Assembly (NCBI GenBank): GCA_024704765.1 | Contig: JAKMXF010000344.1 | Location: forward strand, 2,004 to 66,003 | Length of the DNA stretch: 64,000 nt | Source: Oopsacas minuta | Taxonomy: Eukaryota > Animalia > Porifera | Direction of reading: 5' to 3' | In this document: positions 12,380-25,846 of the stretch, in pieces | Numbering within the stretch: the first letter of the stretch is position 1 | How the letters are laid out: every line of letters begins with the position of its first letter | Program-made: the position numbers and the translations under genes | Notes under the pieces: generated by a model | What the model was told of the DNA's origin: nothing | Database searches by the model: none | What the model saw: only the letters and a program-made list of their open reading frames with translations

Positions 12380-14421
12380 GCATAGGAATAAAAATACAAG
12401 AGCAGGCTGCCACTTGCGTACACAAAGTGTTCGCGAGCCGCTGAGCGCAAGAAAGCGAAGCTTGCATATCTAATTCATCAATTTAATCGACAACTCCAAA
12501 ATAATTTAAGAGAAAGTACCAAAGCATTTCAGCAGCGGTATTATTGTAGGATAAAATCCATGAAACGCCTCTCCAACTAAATTTAAAGGCATTTATTGAT
12601 ACTGAAGCTAAAATTGGGCTAAAATAATACTAATCCATCAAAGGTTTTGCTTAACAACATTAAATACGAGACTACGCTGGTACAAAATGTAGGGGCTAGG
12701 ATTCTACACAAATCAAATCAATTAGCCAAGACAACTGAAAAGCTATTGACGAAATACTGGAGCATGGAGCTTTATTACTAGATATGTCAAAGACTTTTAC
12801 CCGCACCAGTTTTGGCTGGCTAAGATTGGTCCAGAGCAATAGGTGCCCAAAAATCGAACAGCTGTGGTAATGCCTCATCCATGGCCTACTATATACACGG
12901 CTAGCTGAGTAAAGAATTGCCAAAATAATTTCCAGGCCATTGATAATATTCTGTTTGATTATGAAGTATTGCAGTTATCATTACAAATTCAACTGTATTG
13001 AGGTTTCCACATACAGTGGAGACATCTAGATAATTTTGAAGCTGCTTTCCTAGTTATTTTAATCACAATGACGCAGTCAAAGTTGATGCCCATATTTGGT
13101 GATTTTTTTCCATTTTTAACAATTTTTCGAGAAATTTTCAAAACTTAAACTAATCCTTTTGTTTAAAATACCTTCTACTTGTTAATGTTATTTAAGTAAC
13201 CAAAAGATGATCTTCGTTTTCATAAACACTCGTTAAATAATCATTTTAGTGATATTCGCTCTAAAACAACATTTAATAGTCAATCCTAGAACATCGAAGA
13301 CATTCCTTCAATACTGTATGTGAACACATAATAGGTCATAGTGTTAACCATTAGTGTATTTCATAGTCTTTTTATTGTGTTTTTGTGCAAAGTTAATACA
13401 AATCATGATTCATTGCATGGGATTTGTGGGTTTTTGATAATATTGGTATATATTTGTGTAATAATTTGTATTATTGAAAGTGAACTTGATTGCGTCATTG
13501 TGGTTAAAATAACTTGGAAAGCAGCTTCAAAAGTATCTATATGTCTCCACCGTATGTGCACACCTCAACACAGTTGAATTTTAATGATAGCTGTAATTCT
13601 TCATGATCAAAGAGAATAGAATCAATGGCCTCAAAATTATTTTGGCAATTCCTTGCTTAGCCGGCCGTGTACATAGTAGTCCTTGCCCTCACCAGTCATT
13701 CATTTTTGAATTTGTTGGTACAAGCGATTTAAGGTAGGAATGTTTGTGTGTACAGCACCCTAGCTATTTCTGCAAACAGAGGAACCCTAAAACCCTCTTG
13801 GATCCGTTAGTGCATGTTTGCAGATTATGTGTCCTCAAAACATGTGGTCAATTTTCATGCATCTAAAGAAGAGGTCATCAAATTTTAAACTATATTTATC
13901 TATCAATTGGAAACACGATTCACTTTCTACTTGTTTTAATAATAACAATGCACATAATCATCATATAATATATGTTCCCCGAAGATATTTCCACGATATT
14001 ACAAGGTTTGACAAAGTAAAAGTACTAACTATCAGATATATTAGCATGGCAACATGATTACAATTCATATAAATATATTGCTCAACAGATACAAAAGCAT
14101 ATTCACTTTTCGTTAGCGACATTTTGTACTATTTGGACGATTTGGGATTAAAAGAATACTTAGCAAATTTATGAGTAATTTCACATCAAAAATTTTTAGG
14201 CTGAAAATTTGATGCCATTGAAAATTACCTGTATCTATGGATCGGATAATTGAGAATATTTCATATTCAAAATGGGGGAGGGGGCAAGAATGGAAGAATT
14301 GGAGGCTATTGCCCCTTCAGCCCCCACAGATGACCTTATTTCTCTTCATAGAAACGACAAATTAATCATGGAATTTTATGAAAAAATTATCGAATTTCAT
14401 CTTCCGTTAATTAATAATTAA

Positions 14422-14470
14422 CTAGAACGGTTCGCTTGCTATGTCGCCGCTAACAGCTTAGTGGTCCAGG
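14422..14470 (-). mobile_element. Helitron-like 3' terminus
   Basis: The minus strand reads ttagcggcgacatagcaagcgaaccgttCTAG|T, i.e. a GC-rich subterminal segment followed by CTAG before T. A related motif lies at about 36075-36095. Confidence 0.4.
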
Positions 14471-15089
14471 TTAAATAAGTATTCAACAGCTAGATTTTAT
14501 AGTGTTATTGGCACTACGTAACAGAATTTACTCGGAACTATGTGCCTCGAATTCACAGAATATTTAAATTTTAAGATTTTATTATCCATGGCCCATCCAA
14601 ATCACATTCAATGGCCTTCGGTGGTGGACACTGTAGATGCTAACTCGCTTTTGGAGAGTAAAAATCAGACCTCGGGGCCCTCCGGTTACTGCAATCAATT
14701 CAGGACATATAAACATATACGTATATACACATAGATATGCAGATTAATTGCGTTTTTAATAAAAGAGATGTTTTTATTTCTACGATCACTTGAAATCTTT
14801 AGATTTCTCAGGAACCTTAGGGGATGAATTAAAATCAAATATCATTGATATACCCGGAAAGCGCTTTGAAGAACATTTTCAGTGGAAAATATCTATGAGG
14901 AATGTTGTGCTATCATAATATTTTTGCGCCCCGACCTCTACTTATATATAAATATATAGAGAGAGAGAACTCCTACACTACAAACTATGATCATACAGAC
15001 AGCATTGGGTGTACAAATTTCATCTATGCAAATGTTGTGATCCTAAAACTAGTGGTTCAACATCTCGAGATTTGTGAATAAGATCCACT

Positions 15090-18049
15090 TCTCTTTTCCT
15101 GGGAAATTTCTCTTTCCCATCCCTTGAATTGAATCATAGCTTCTTGATGTTATTTATCCAACAAGGATAACTATATTATGCTTTATTTAATTATTTAATC
15201 AAGAATTTACACTATCAGAATTAGAAAGATGCCTAAAGTTATCCACCAGTGGATTTCTGAGGCATTTGACAGCTTACTGATTTTATACAATTACTATAAA
15301 AAAAAGGGGAAAAGAGAAGCTGAAATTTAATCAAATAAGTCAAATTAAACTTAAAGAGTTCAAGATGTACAGATTATATTGTTTGTTCAGTGGTTCTTCA
15401 GTAATGGTAAAAATGGGTCGATTACACTGGGCAACATCAAATTTATTCCTCAAATGAAAATATATTACCTAGACTAACTTTGGGATGCTGATTCCAAATC
15501 TGAAATCAGAATTGATCTATCACGTCAGGATTTCAAGATATGAAAATTCACGAAATTCGGATTTTGCATTGACTGGCACTATATTATAAGGTACTATACA
15601 GTACAAGTTAGGCCTATTGTACAATTTTCTTTCCCAGCGAATTGTTGGTCAACAATGCATATTATGTACGGTTAATATTAACATTATTTTGTAAATGTAA
15701 TGTTCTATCTTTTGACAATTAATGCATTCTTGAGTGTTCTTGGCCATGGCTATAAGGAGGGGTTATTTAGCCTACTTGCGGGTGGATTGTAGACTGTATC
15801 GATAAACCAACAACATTACTGTTTTGCAGAATTTTTAGTTTGTAACTGATTGTGTATTTAAGCTTTTTGTTTACAATGAATACGAGCAGAAGACAATGCA
15901 CGAACCACCCAGATAACTTCTGCTATATTTGTGGAAAATTTACGCCGAAGCCCCAGCGAAGAAATATTGCCAATCGTGTCAAGATTGGCTACAAGTATTA
16001 CTTTGGTTGCAAAGTTGGTGACCAAGACAAGAACTGGGCACCTCACATCTGCTGTACCGTCTGCTATGCCAGTCTAATCCAATGGCTTAATGGGAAGAAG
16101 AAATCCATGCCATTTGCGGTACCTATGATTTGGCGAGAACCTAAAAACCATACGTCGGATTGTTATTTTTGCACAACAAATATTGCTGGATTTTCGACCT
16201 CTATACCGTGATGGCATCGCGGTATAGAGGTCGATTTAACCCAAACATGATGGGGGACTACTGCTGGTTTCTCCAGCGTGAAACTGACACTGAACATGCT
16301 CGAAAGAGCAAGTGTATAAAGCACTTTGAGAGGATACAATGTTATTTTTGTCTGGTTTAATCATCCTGGGTTGTGTTAAATTGTGCAAAATGATAATTCT
16401 GTTATTTTCACTAGCAATCACTGTGTTTATTATATGTAATGTTTTGTTCTGCACAGCCAAAATTAGCCAAAATGACAATTACGGGTTGTTGTGTGCATAT
16501 GTCATATCTCAAAAACGTGACGTGTTTGAAAAAATCTAAGGCCAGATTTGGATTCAGCATGGTCATATTAGTCTAGGTAAACTTGAAACGAGCAAGGAAT
16601 AAAAAATAAGTTGTAAAATGTTGTCCAGTGTTATCGCCGTGTCAAAATCAACAGTGCATGGCACTTGGAATCCACCCCCCCCATGTCTGATGTGTTATAT
16701 AAAGGTAGGCCAAGCGTAATTATCGATCGACAAAATACTTGTGACGATTATGACATTATGGAAATAGAAAATGTAACCGGTGCAGGTTACATCATTATTG
16801 ATGATGATTTGACTACTTTAGTAGAACTACGAGATGACTAAGCTATATAGACTACTATTCATAAGGTGCGAAAAACAGTCAAATTGTTTCGAATATCTCG
16901 TAAGAAAATGAATTATTCAAACTAGTTTAACAAGTGAATTACACAAGGAATTAATGTTTATCCTAGATACTAAAATATGATGGAATAGTTGTTGAAAATG
17001 ATTGAAAGGTTCCTTGAGTTTAACAAGTATATTGAAAAGGCATTAATTGATTTAGATGCGAGGTTTATTATGGCACAAGGTGAGTATTTTTGCTAGATGA
17101 TATTTTTCTCGTTGCAGCCAATTAAATTTGCTATTGACGCTATGGGTAGCAGATATGCAAATCTACTTGCAGCAGATGATGCCTCAAGTTTCATTCACAA
17201 TTAGATAACAATGCTTCAGTTCTTAGTCTTGAGTTAAATTAGCTTAGAAACGAGTGTGATGGAGAATCGAGACTGACATCTTCGGAGGACTAAAGTATCT
17301 ACACAATCCAGGCTCCATACTAGAAGAAAATGTATATTATGTTCTACTGAAGCCTTCAATTCAGAAAACAATAAAATCCCTACTTTGTCGATTGTATCCT
17401 AAACTAGAAACAATTATTTAGCAGAAGAATTAACCTCATGAGAGTCACAAGAAATGTAATTTAGTACTAGATCAGTTGTTAGAAACTCCGATCAACTTGA
17501 AGTTTCAATTCGAATGTCTACTTTACCTAAAAATAGATCCAAATATTTTTGATGCTATAAGGAAAGAGATCAGACTTTTTGAAGCAACGAAGAGAAGAAA
17601 AAATTTAGATCTTATATATGAGGAAATTTGCACAGTTCCACCAACAAATGTAGAATCTGAACGTGCATTCTCAGCTGCTGGATTATTTATCACAAAATTG
17701 AGAAATAAAGTCAATATACATCAATTGCTAGGATTTGTATTCTGCGTGGTTATTTTGTAACTAAAAGAAATCAAATTGTTTTCTTATCATTCTTTTCTTC
17801 ATCATACTTTTGTTTGTCGTAATTTATCATTCCATCCATTCTCATACTTTTCATTATCGTAATCTTTATTCCTTTTCACCATTATTAACTAGTAAAATTA
17901 TCTTTCTACTAAATAATATAGGAGACAAATAACAAATTTTACAGTGAAGTTTCTACAAAGTCATGTCCTAAATCCTTTCGTGACCCCGGAAAAGATGCAT
18001 TTGTTTCCCGTTTCCCGGTAATATATCTACGGGAACTTCAGCAACCCTA
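15090..18049 (+). mobile_element. hAT (Ac-like) transposon relic interrupted by a Chapaev3 element
   Basis: GSSVMVKMGRL lies left of the Chapaev3 insert, and the frame resumes right of it as LSPCQNQQCMALGIH...DVLYK. Further remnants are KVRKTVKLFR, ILDTKI*WNS and the dimerisation motif VPPTNVESERAFSAAG (17476-17760). The right end ttcagcaacccta corresponds to TAGGGTTGC. The left boundary is approximate. Confidence 0.75.
15425..16630 (+). mobile_element. Chapaev3-type (CMC) non-autonomous deletion derivative
   Basis: TIRs are CACTGGGCAACA and TGTTGTCCAGTG, with a 3-bp TSD TTA on both sides. The N-terminal Cys-rich domain (CTNHPDNFCYICG...DQDKNWAPHICC...VPMIWREPKNHTSDCYFC) is joined out of frame near 16200 to the C-terminal MASRYRGRFNPNMMGDYCW. 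The catalytic middle is missing. Confidence 0.85.
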
Positions 18050-18639
18050 CAAGTAAGCCATCAAGTTCCTGGAAATTTGATGCTGATTTCGATATTAGAA
18101 TATCATTAACCCTTGCATTTCTGATAGCTTTCGTTTCACTCAAGTCCAGAAGAATCATGGAATTATCGATTTCATTGATTTTCATGGTTTTGATTATGAT
18201 ATCCGTATTCTATCTGGATAAGGAATTTATTTGGAATTATGATTGAGTCGCTAATGGATGCTGGATTGGATTTGCATTACGATTTTGACCCATACATTTT
18301 CTCTAGTATCTGATAGACCTGAAAGACTTTGATGCTCAGACGCCTTTTCAGTGGTTAATCCGCCATTGGTTACTGCTAGTTGAGCATATCAGCGGATTAA
18401 CAAACAACTCTCCATGCCCCACCTATTTTTCTTTCTTTTAGTTTTCATCTCCAAGCTTATGTCATTTTCGTCAAGCATACCATGAAGAAATTGAAGATTC
18501 TTCATCATTAGACTATTTGGTGACAAATAAAACCGCAGAAATGGAACTACGCAAATGTGAGTTTCCAAAATCGTTCATATTTTGCCTGAGTAAACGAGAA
18601 TGTAGCATTATATATCCACAAATTAATGCAACTAATTGA

Positions 18640-20570
18640 ACACCAAATGGACTAGTCATTTCACTGAATAAATCTCTCAATTTTTACCAATTTGTGTCAT
18701 TGCTTTGTATAATACCTGAGATCTTTGAATGAAGCGTTTGAAAGGCAATAAGGAAATGTTTCACTAAAGTATTGCTCGATTGATGGGAGGATAAATGTTG
18801 TATTAATATTCTTCTGATTTATCCAGTTATTTCGGATATACTTCACTATGTGAACCAGGTCAAACATCAAGGGAATGGATCTAGTATGATCTGACGAATT
18901 TGGGCAAGTTAGCTGTAAACTTGTACTACCAGCTAGAGAATTAAATAAACTCACGTTCAGTTAATAATTATCTGTACAAATTACTACTACAGAAAGATCA
19001 CACTTCTCGATGTCAATAATAACTTGCTTCACTACTGTCAGAAGCCAGAAGATTTTGCATTTCAACATGGTAGAAGTTTCACAATTTCAGACCACTTTGT
19101 GAAAAGGCTTGAAACTTGAAATGCTAGAACCGTCTTAGCAGGATCAGATACAAAAGAATTGTTCTCTAAATGTGTTGAATTAGTTTGTAGAAGAGTCGAA
19201 CCATAGATGTTACCTCCTATATCTGTGTGATCTGACCTTACTTGAATTTCGTCCAACTGTAGAAGGACATGTTTCGTGAATTTGTTGAAGTCCTGGCATG
19301 CTACCTTTAGATAATCTGTAAAACTTGTGTCTGAACCAATATTTGAATAGAAACGTTTGAGAGTGGATGAATGAAGCAGCGAGATACAGTCTAATGATTA
19401 CAGATAACTGTAGCAACCTGAAAAGATTAATTGAGCCTTGAGAGATAGAACCAATGTTAATACATTATATCAGTAGATGTTCTTCGAAACCTCAAGTTGA
19501 CACAAAATAAATTGTAGTCGATTGAAGATTTTCATGCTCTGGGAATCTTCTTCACAAGTTCTAAATTTTTCTATGGTAGATCTAACGGAATGAGTAGCAG
19601 TATTAATACCAATCTCAACATTATCTTGTCCATGTGAATCAAGCTTTGAATTAACTGATAAATTTGATGAATATCAGAAAGGCTAGTGATTATTGATGGA
19701 ACTTCAACTTCATTTAGAAAACACCTCACATGTAAGCATCATCAATACAGATCTGATGAGATATAGTCAATAGTGATCCAGATAGTACCTTCTTGAATAC
19801 ATCCAATGTACCATGACTTGAGTGAATATAAGTCCATTTTTCAGTTAAGTTAATTGTCGTATACTTTCGATGGATGTTATCAATATTAGAAACAGAAAAA
19901 GCTATCGCTTCTTTTTTTATGTTCAGCACGACTCAACTCAAGAGCATGACGAAAATCTCGGATACCAATTTCATTTCGGTACAAACGATCAGGTTGTTTA
20001 GAAGATCCTTGTAAATTTAAAGTGCAGTTAGATAGATTGACGGGCTTGGCACTTTTCTTAAGACCAGGCTTTCTTGAAACTTTTTCCACTGTACCATTAC
20101 CCATAAGGATATCGAAGTGAAGTAGGACGTCATCATCATTGAAATGTTTCGAACATATAAAGACTTTTGCAAATCCCCATGCATTATCTCTATGGAGAAA
20201 TCTTCGCTCTTCATCTTGTGATTCTTTTGACCAATGATTCGCCATTTCAAACACTGGAGTATAATTAGTTCCATCATAATTGGAGAAGTAGTTCGCCATA
20301 CTACATATATTAGGCAGATTGCTAAGGAGTAAGAAAATATCGGTAAATTATAACTGAACTACTGAAAAATGGGTCAGAGGATGGACAGCGAGTTGGTGAT
20401 TGATAAAGACAACATAGGTTGTGTCGTGGCCTAGAAAGTGTGTTATCAATATAAACAAGTGAATAATAATTATCCTCCATAAAAATTCTGTATCAAAATT
20501 ATATTGATAAAATTGTATTTGAGCATTATGAGTCAATAATGAAATATACTATAGCTACGTAGTCTCTGTG
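18640..20570 (-). mobile_element. P-element/THAP9-like transposon relic, N-terminal half
   Basis: Remnants include a THAP-like domain (NYDGTNYTPVF...FICSKHF, ORF 19886-20299), DEIQV...AKTVLAFQVSSLF (first catalytic Asp region) and FDLVHIVKYIRNNWINQK. A putative 5' end CACAGAGACTACGTAG lies at 20570. Confidence 0.85.
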
Positions 20571-21199
20571 TGTAGCCTTCTACATGAAACTAGCCATTGT
20601 AAGATGATCACTAACTAAATTAAGGATTCTAATAAAAGTGACGTAATGACAATCTATTAGTAGCGCTTAAGAAAGTTTTATTCATGCGTAATATTGACTA
20701 TTAATAATCATATATGTATGCTTTGATGTCGATTTTAAACGAAATCTCCAATATGAGAATACTAGTGGTAACTTTCCATAGTAATCAACAAACAATCATA
20801 ATCCTTGTACCTATTCAAATTCAAGTGCCTCTAACATTAATGAGTGTGAAATTGGCAGCGAAATAAATAGCACACACTTTAACACGTTATAATTATCTGG
20901 CCAGTGAAGTTAGAGATATACCATTTGGACCTTATCTATACTAGCCTATGTGGTTTATGTCATATATCTATATATTATATATGTTCTAATAGTTTAGTTT
21001 TCTTTCCACAATTACACTAGTAGTCTAATAGAGTTAGAATTACCACTTGTACATTACCCGCACTTAATCTTGTGTATATAATTTAGTATACGTTTATCTA
21101 AAAGATCTAACGATATTTTGCTGTAATTCGCTACTTGAATCTAATCTCCATTCTTAACTATTTCCTATCTTTCTTTGAATATCATTTTGCTGTCTTCTA

Positions 21200-22470
21200 T
21201 TTGTGTGCACTCTCACTATCTATTTTGGTTCTCTTTGAACTTTACTACTAACAGGCGTAAAGGTAAAATCAAATATTTTAATTCGACCAGAAATTCCTTC
21301 ACATATTCTCCTTAAAAAGTCGCCAGGCTTCAATTTCGTTTCTACTATGAAAATTTGGATTTAACAATTTTTCATCCAATTTTCTACATCTGAATTGGTA
21401 AATATTACTTATAACTTTCCCGGAAATAGAGTCGGGTCAATAATGAGCCCGGTCCATAAAGGAGATATTGGCATATAGTAAGTTCCAAATACTCTAGTGG
21501 ATTCGATGAGTACATGTCCTGTTTTCTTCCAGGTGTGCTCTTTGCTTTCGAGATTGTAAATTTCGTACAATGGAATAACTCTTCTGTAGTATGGCATCAT
21601 AATGTCTTCGGAATGGAGACATTTTTCTATAAGTCATACTATCTCCCAGTTCATCAGACAAATCATCGTCTAATTCAGAAAAAACCTTTTACTAGGTCAT
21701 AATTTCATTAATATTCAAAATATCACTCTGAAGATGTTTGATTTATTGTACTATTTGAGGGAATTTCATCCGGGATAAACATGATATGCATAAGGATATG
21801 AATAATTTGTCCACTTCTTCTAGGGTTGTGCAATTTGTAATTCGGGCAATTATAAACATTATTACTCGTTTAGTCTCTTTAGTCGGTCTTAATTATGTTC
21901 AATCTAATAACTGAAACGGTTCGTTATATGTGCAGAACATATAGTAATAATGGTTTTTATATATTAGATGTCAATTTCTGCCTCGTTGACTCTTTGCCAA
22001 CAAGCATCTAAGCACATATCCAGCATGTGTGTATGAAAGCATATAGATACACTGTGCAAAATTTCCAAGCTAAAATTTACCTCACCAGGTGAAAGAGTTA
22101 TATCCCTATGTAATACTTGATTTAGATTATAGAGCAATTTGCTAAGAAAATGAGTAATTTCAACATTAGTATTGTGCACTGCTTATCATCTCAGCAAGCG
22201 GGATAGGAGAAGTTTTAGCCACAGGATGACTCACTGTTAAAGCATAATACAAGATTCTTTTGTGAAATTTATCAATTTTTTAACCTTTGAGCCAGTTGCA
22301 TCTAAATACAAGGTCAATTTTCCATGTTGAAAATTTCTGATGAGAGTATTTGCTCTCCGTGTCCATATGAGTCACAATGGAAGATCTAGATACAGTCTGT
22401 ATATATCCACTGAGAAAAGCTCCTTTAATATTATTATTATATGTTTCGACGGAATATGCAGTCATAATAT
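21200..22470 (-). pseudogene. Mutator-like (MULE, NOF/Rehavkus-type) transposase relic
   Basis: Remnants read KRILYYALTVSHP...PIPLAEMISSAH, EVNFSLEILHSV and YMPISPLWTGLII...FTNSDVENWMKIVK...PGDFLRR. I recall these as resembling NOF-type MULE transposases; not verified by search. Confidence 0.5.
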
Positions 22471-22539
22471 CAGTGTTCCTGAGAAATCGATATTATAACG
22501 TTTACTTAGGAATATCAGTCATCCGAAATTAAAATTTCA

Positions 22540-24020
22540 AACCGTTCTTGAATTTACAAATTGACTCCAACAAGATACGAGCAATTTCGAATGATAGATT
22601 TCTTATTAATTCGATGATAGAGAAGTCCAAGCAGTACTCAACTGCTAAGATTGCTCCTAAATTAACATCCAAAGTTGTATGGACATCAGTTCTTGAAAGA
22701 AAAAGTGTTCTTTTAGCTTTTGCAGTTTGGGATCAGCAACAGCAAGTGCTGTATTGATGTATAATGAAAAGTATAAGATTTCCAACCAAGCCTATTAATG
22801 TATTTCTCTCATTAACAGATTTTGGAAGATGTGTAACATTCATAGGCTAGGGAAGATATTCGACTAGGCTACCCTGATTCAAAGGTTCTCCAGCTTGAAG
22901 CTGATCGTTTTGTGTTCTTTTCAAAGTTTGTAAGTGGCTTCAGGATTGGAAGAGCCAGAGTTGTAGTGGTAGAGCTGAAAAACTTAGTTCACAAACATCT
23001 ACCAACTTAATTCACACTTTCCACGTTTTACCAAGAATCATTGACAATTTAACAAGCAGTGATTGTGGATTTTCTTACGTTTTGAGAGGATTTCTACAAA
23101 ACTATTCTCTTGAAAAACACTGGGCCTTACAGATTGTATCTGGATGCACAACATTTCGGTTTGCCAAATACTTGAGAGTGAACATAGAATTAAAGTAGCT
23201 AACATCTTGAAGTTATATAGAGCTCAAGACAGCAAATTTGAGACTTTGGTAAAGGAATTTGTTAAGACTTTGTCATGTAGCAATGAACCTGATAATAGTG
23301 AAACACTCCAAACAGACCAGAGCATATACTCTTCTCTTCTCCATCATAACTTTGATTTTTCAACGATGACAGATTTTCGTCAGTCCTTGGCTTTCATTGC
23401 TGGATATACTATACACAGTATTTGCAAATCAATATTGTATTCAAAGCAAGTTATTTCAATCTCACCACTTCATTATGTAATAGTTCTGTATCTTTGCTCA
23501 CATACAATGAAACCTTTGTCCTGGAGAGTGAAGATTCTGACTTGAATCTAATACACTTCGCTGACGAAAGAGGGCTTACATATCCTTCAGATGAAGTTGT
23601 CAATGCAGTAATAACTATGTGTAAAATCCTAAATAGAATCGAACAGGACAATCGACTAATGAGACAATTTCTTGCTGGTACCAGTGGAACGATTCTTATT
23701 CAACTCTCAATTTCGAGGATAAATTTGAGTACCATAGTTGTCAAACACCATTCCATTGTTATCTCAGCAAAATAATATCTGCTACCAGCAATTGTTTATT
23801 GAAGAATAAATTTCGCAATCAAAACTCGAAAATGAACTTTGAAAAATGCCTCAGGGAATTAAAGAGGTAACTACGAAAGTTACAATCAGAATAGTGCTTG
23901 TATTTTCTGGTACATATGTGTATTGTATTCATAATTTTTCCTATACAGTTTGTTATAGTGATAAACAATCATCACTACTATTCACCTCTATTGTATAATA
24001 TTCGATATACGTAGACTATA
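22540..24020 (+). mobile_element. P-element/THAP9-like transposon relic, C-terminal half
   Basis: Remnants are AKIAPKLTSKVVWTSVLERKSVLLAFAVWD, YVLRGFLQNYSLEK, ISVCQILESEHRIK, SLAFIAGY and GLTYPSDEVV. These match the C-terminal half of P transposases. Confidence 0.75.
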
Positions 24021-24633
24021 ATTTATGTCATTTCATCCAGTATCGCTATTGTTGATATTTTGGATTTATGACTTGAAGTAATCCATCCTTCAATACAGTG
24101 AATAGGCTATAGTAACGTAGGCTGTAGGTTACACCTATTTTCTAATCATGACAGAGTTATATTAATTTATACAGGATCTCCTATTGGTGTCTTTTAGAAT
24201 AAAAATGGTCAGGACATTTGAAAATCACTGAAGCTATTCATTCTAAATATCAAACTATGATTGAATTGCTTGAACAATGCAATGCTCTACAAAATTTAGT
24301 GGAGGGCAAGTTGTACAGAGTAGTGATTTATTGGCTATACTAATTAAGTTAGAGTTCCTATTTTGTTTGATATTTATGAAAAAGCACTTAAAGTAGAACC
24401 AGCAGATCAGATCTTACAATCCCGTATTGCAAGCTTAAAAACGCCATAAAATCATTAATTCTGTATTTACTACAATTAAAGGCTTCAAAATCCAGATGAA
24501 TTTTTTGGGATAGTTAAATTCTCCTTTATCGACCATTTTACATTTTACACTAACCAACATATAGTTACTGCAAAATTATACTTGCTACCTTTGTCTAACC
24601 ATGTTTTAACAGGCTGGGCCAACCATAGCCGAT

Positions 24634-24912
24634 ATTAATCTACTCCCATCGCAGTCGTCGATCTTAAAAGCATTCTCCAAACATATTTGGAGTAATTACA
24701 GTTTGATGGTCTCCTGACTCGAACTGATAAATAATGAATAATTTGAGAAGTTTATAACTATACGTATATTATAATGTGTGTGTATTTAAATACAAAACGA
24801 TTAATCTACTAAAAGTTGTCGGTCTGTATCATTCTTCAAACGTCTTCTTTAAAGTAATTACAGTTTAGATGGTCTCTTTACTCGAACCGAAGATAATGAA
24901 TAATTCGAGATG
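24634..24912 (+). repeat. diverged tandem duplication, period ~162-166 bp
   Basis: attaatctact occurs at 24634 and 24800. agtaattacagttt(a)gatggtctc...actcgaac...ataatgaataatt(t/c)gaga occurs at 24691 and 24853. Confidence 0.8.
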
Positions 24913-25846
24913 TATCCAACCACTACTAGCCGAAAATCGCCTACATGCGCCGCTTCAGCTAGCTCCTGCGGAAGGCTTTTTCTACTTATCTTCGGTCCCT
25001 TTAAAAATTATCATTGATTGGTAGAAGATGCGCGCGCTTGCTCTATGTGGCCTGCGAACATTTCTTGTCCGTTGATCTTCTGGTATTACTTGTAATCTTA
25101 AGTATCGTCTGTTCACAACTTTAGATATCAAGACAGCATATTTGACATGTACGTATTCTCGTAGTGAGATCTAGTTATCATCTGTAACCAGTAAATTATG
25201 CAAGGGATAAAGTTAAGCATGGGTAGTAGTAGTAGTGGCCGAAGTATTTTTCCGCTAAATATCCTGACCGGATATTCTACCAACCGGAAAATTAAAAACA
25301 GATTCGATATAGCTAAACCGCTAATATATAGGAAATAATCCAGCCTAAAACAACGTTCGGAACAACTATTCGATTTCTGTTGAATACCGGTAATCGGAAA
25401 TATTCAGTTTGTCGATAACTAGTAGGTAGATTTAAAAGTTAATGATCATACCTTTCAAGAACACGTGTCACAGTAAAAAGAGGCTCTAAACACAGTCTGA
25501 ATGTCCACGTCAGCACAATAGCAATGAATCCATTCAGAGCAATTGTCACATTACAGCAATCGGATTGATTCTATCGAAGTTTCCCCTTTGTCACAGGTTC
25601 TGGTTCTTTCTTGTGGTATCTACTGCTCAGGGTATCCGACTCGTCAGAGCTGCTGGTTGAGCTAGAAGACCATCTGGAAACAGGAGAAACGCCACGCTCC
25701 CTCGCACTCTTCACTCCAGTCCTCAACTACCTGTTATACCGATCCGCCATCGAGGCCTGAAACACTTCTTCTTTGAGGAATTTCTCAGAAATCACCCTGC
25801 TCTTTGATTCACTTGATAATTTGGATTGTCTCAGATGACGTTAAAT

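Noticed and set aside
12700-12900. LINE reverse-transcriptase motif GALLLDMSK
   Set aside because: It is isolated, and no other RT domains are found upstream or downstream.
18640-24020. Two head-to-head P-element halves (N-half minus, C-half plus) as one element split by an inversion
   Set aside because: The halves overlap in protein coverage with different sequences (about DLRLLYKA..HKLVKI vs KIRA..YSTAKI), and a MULE relic lies between them. Two separate copies is the simpler reading.
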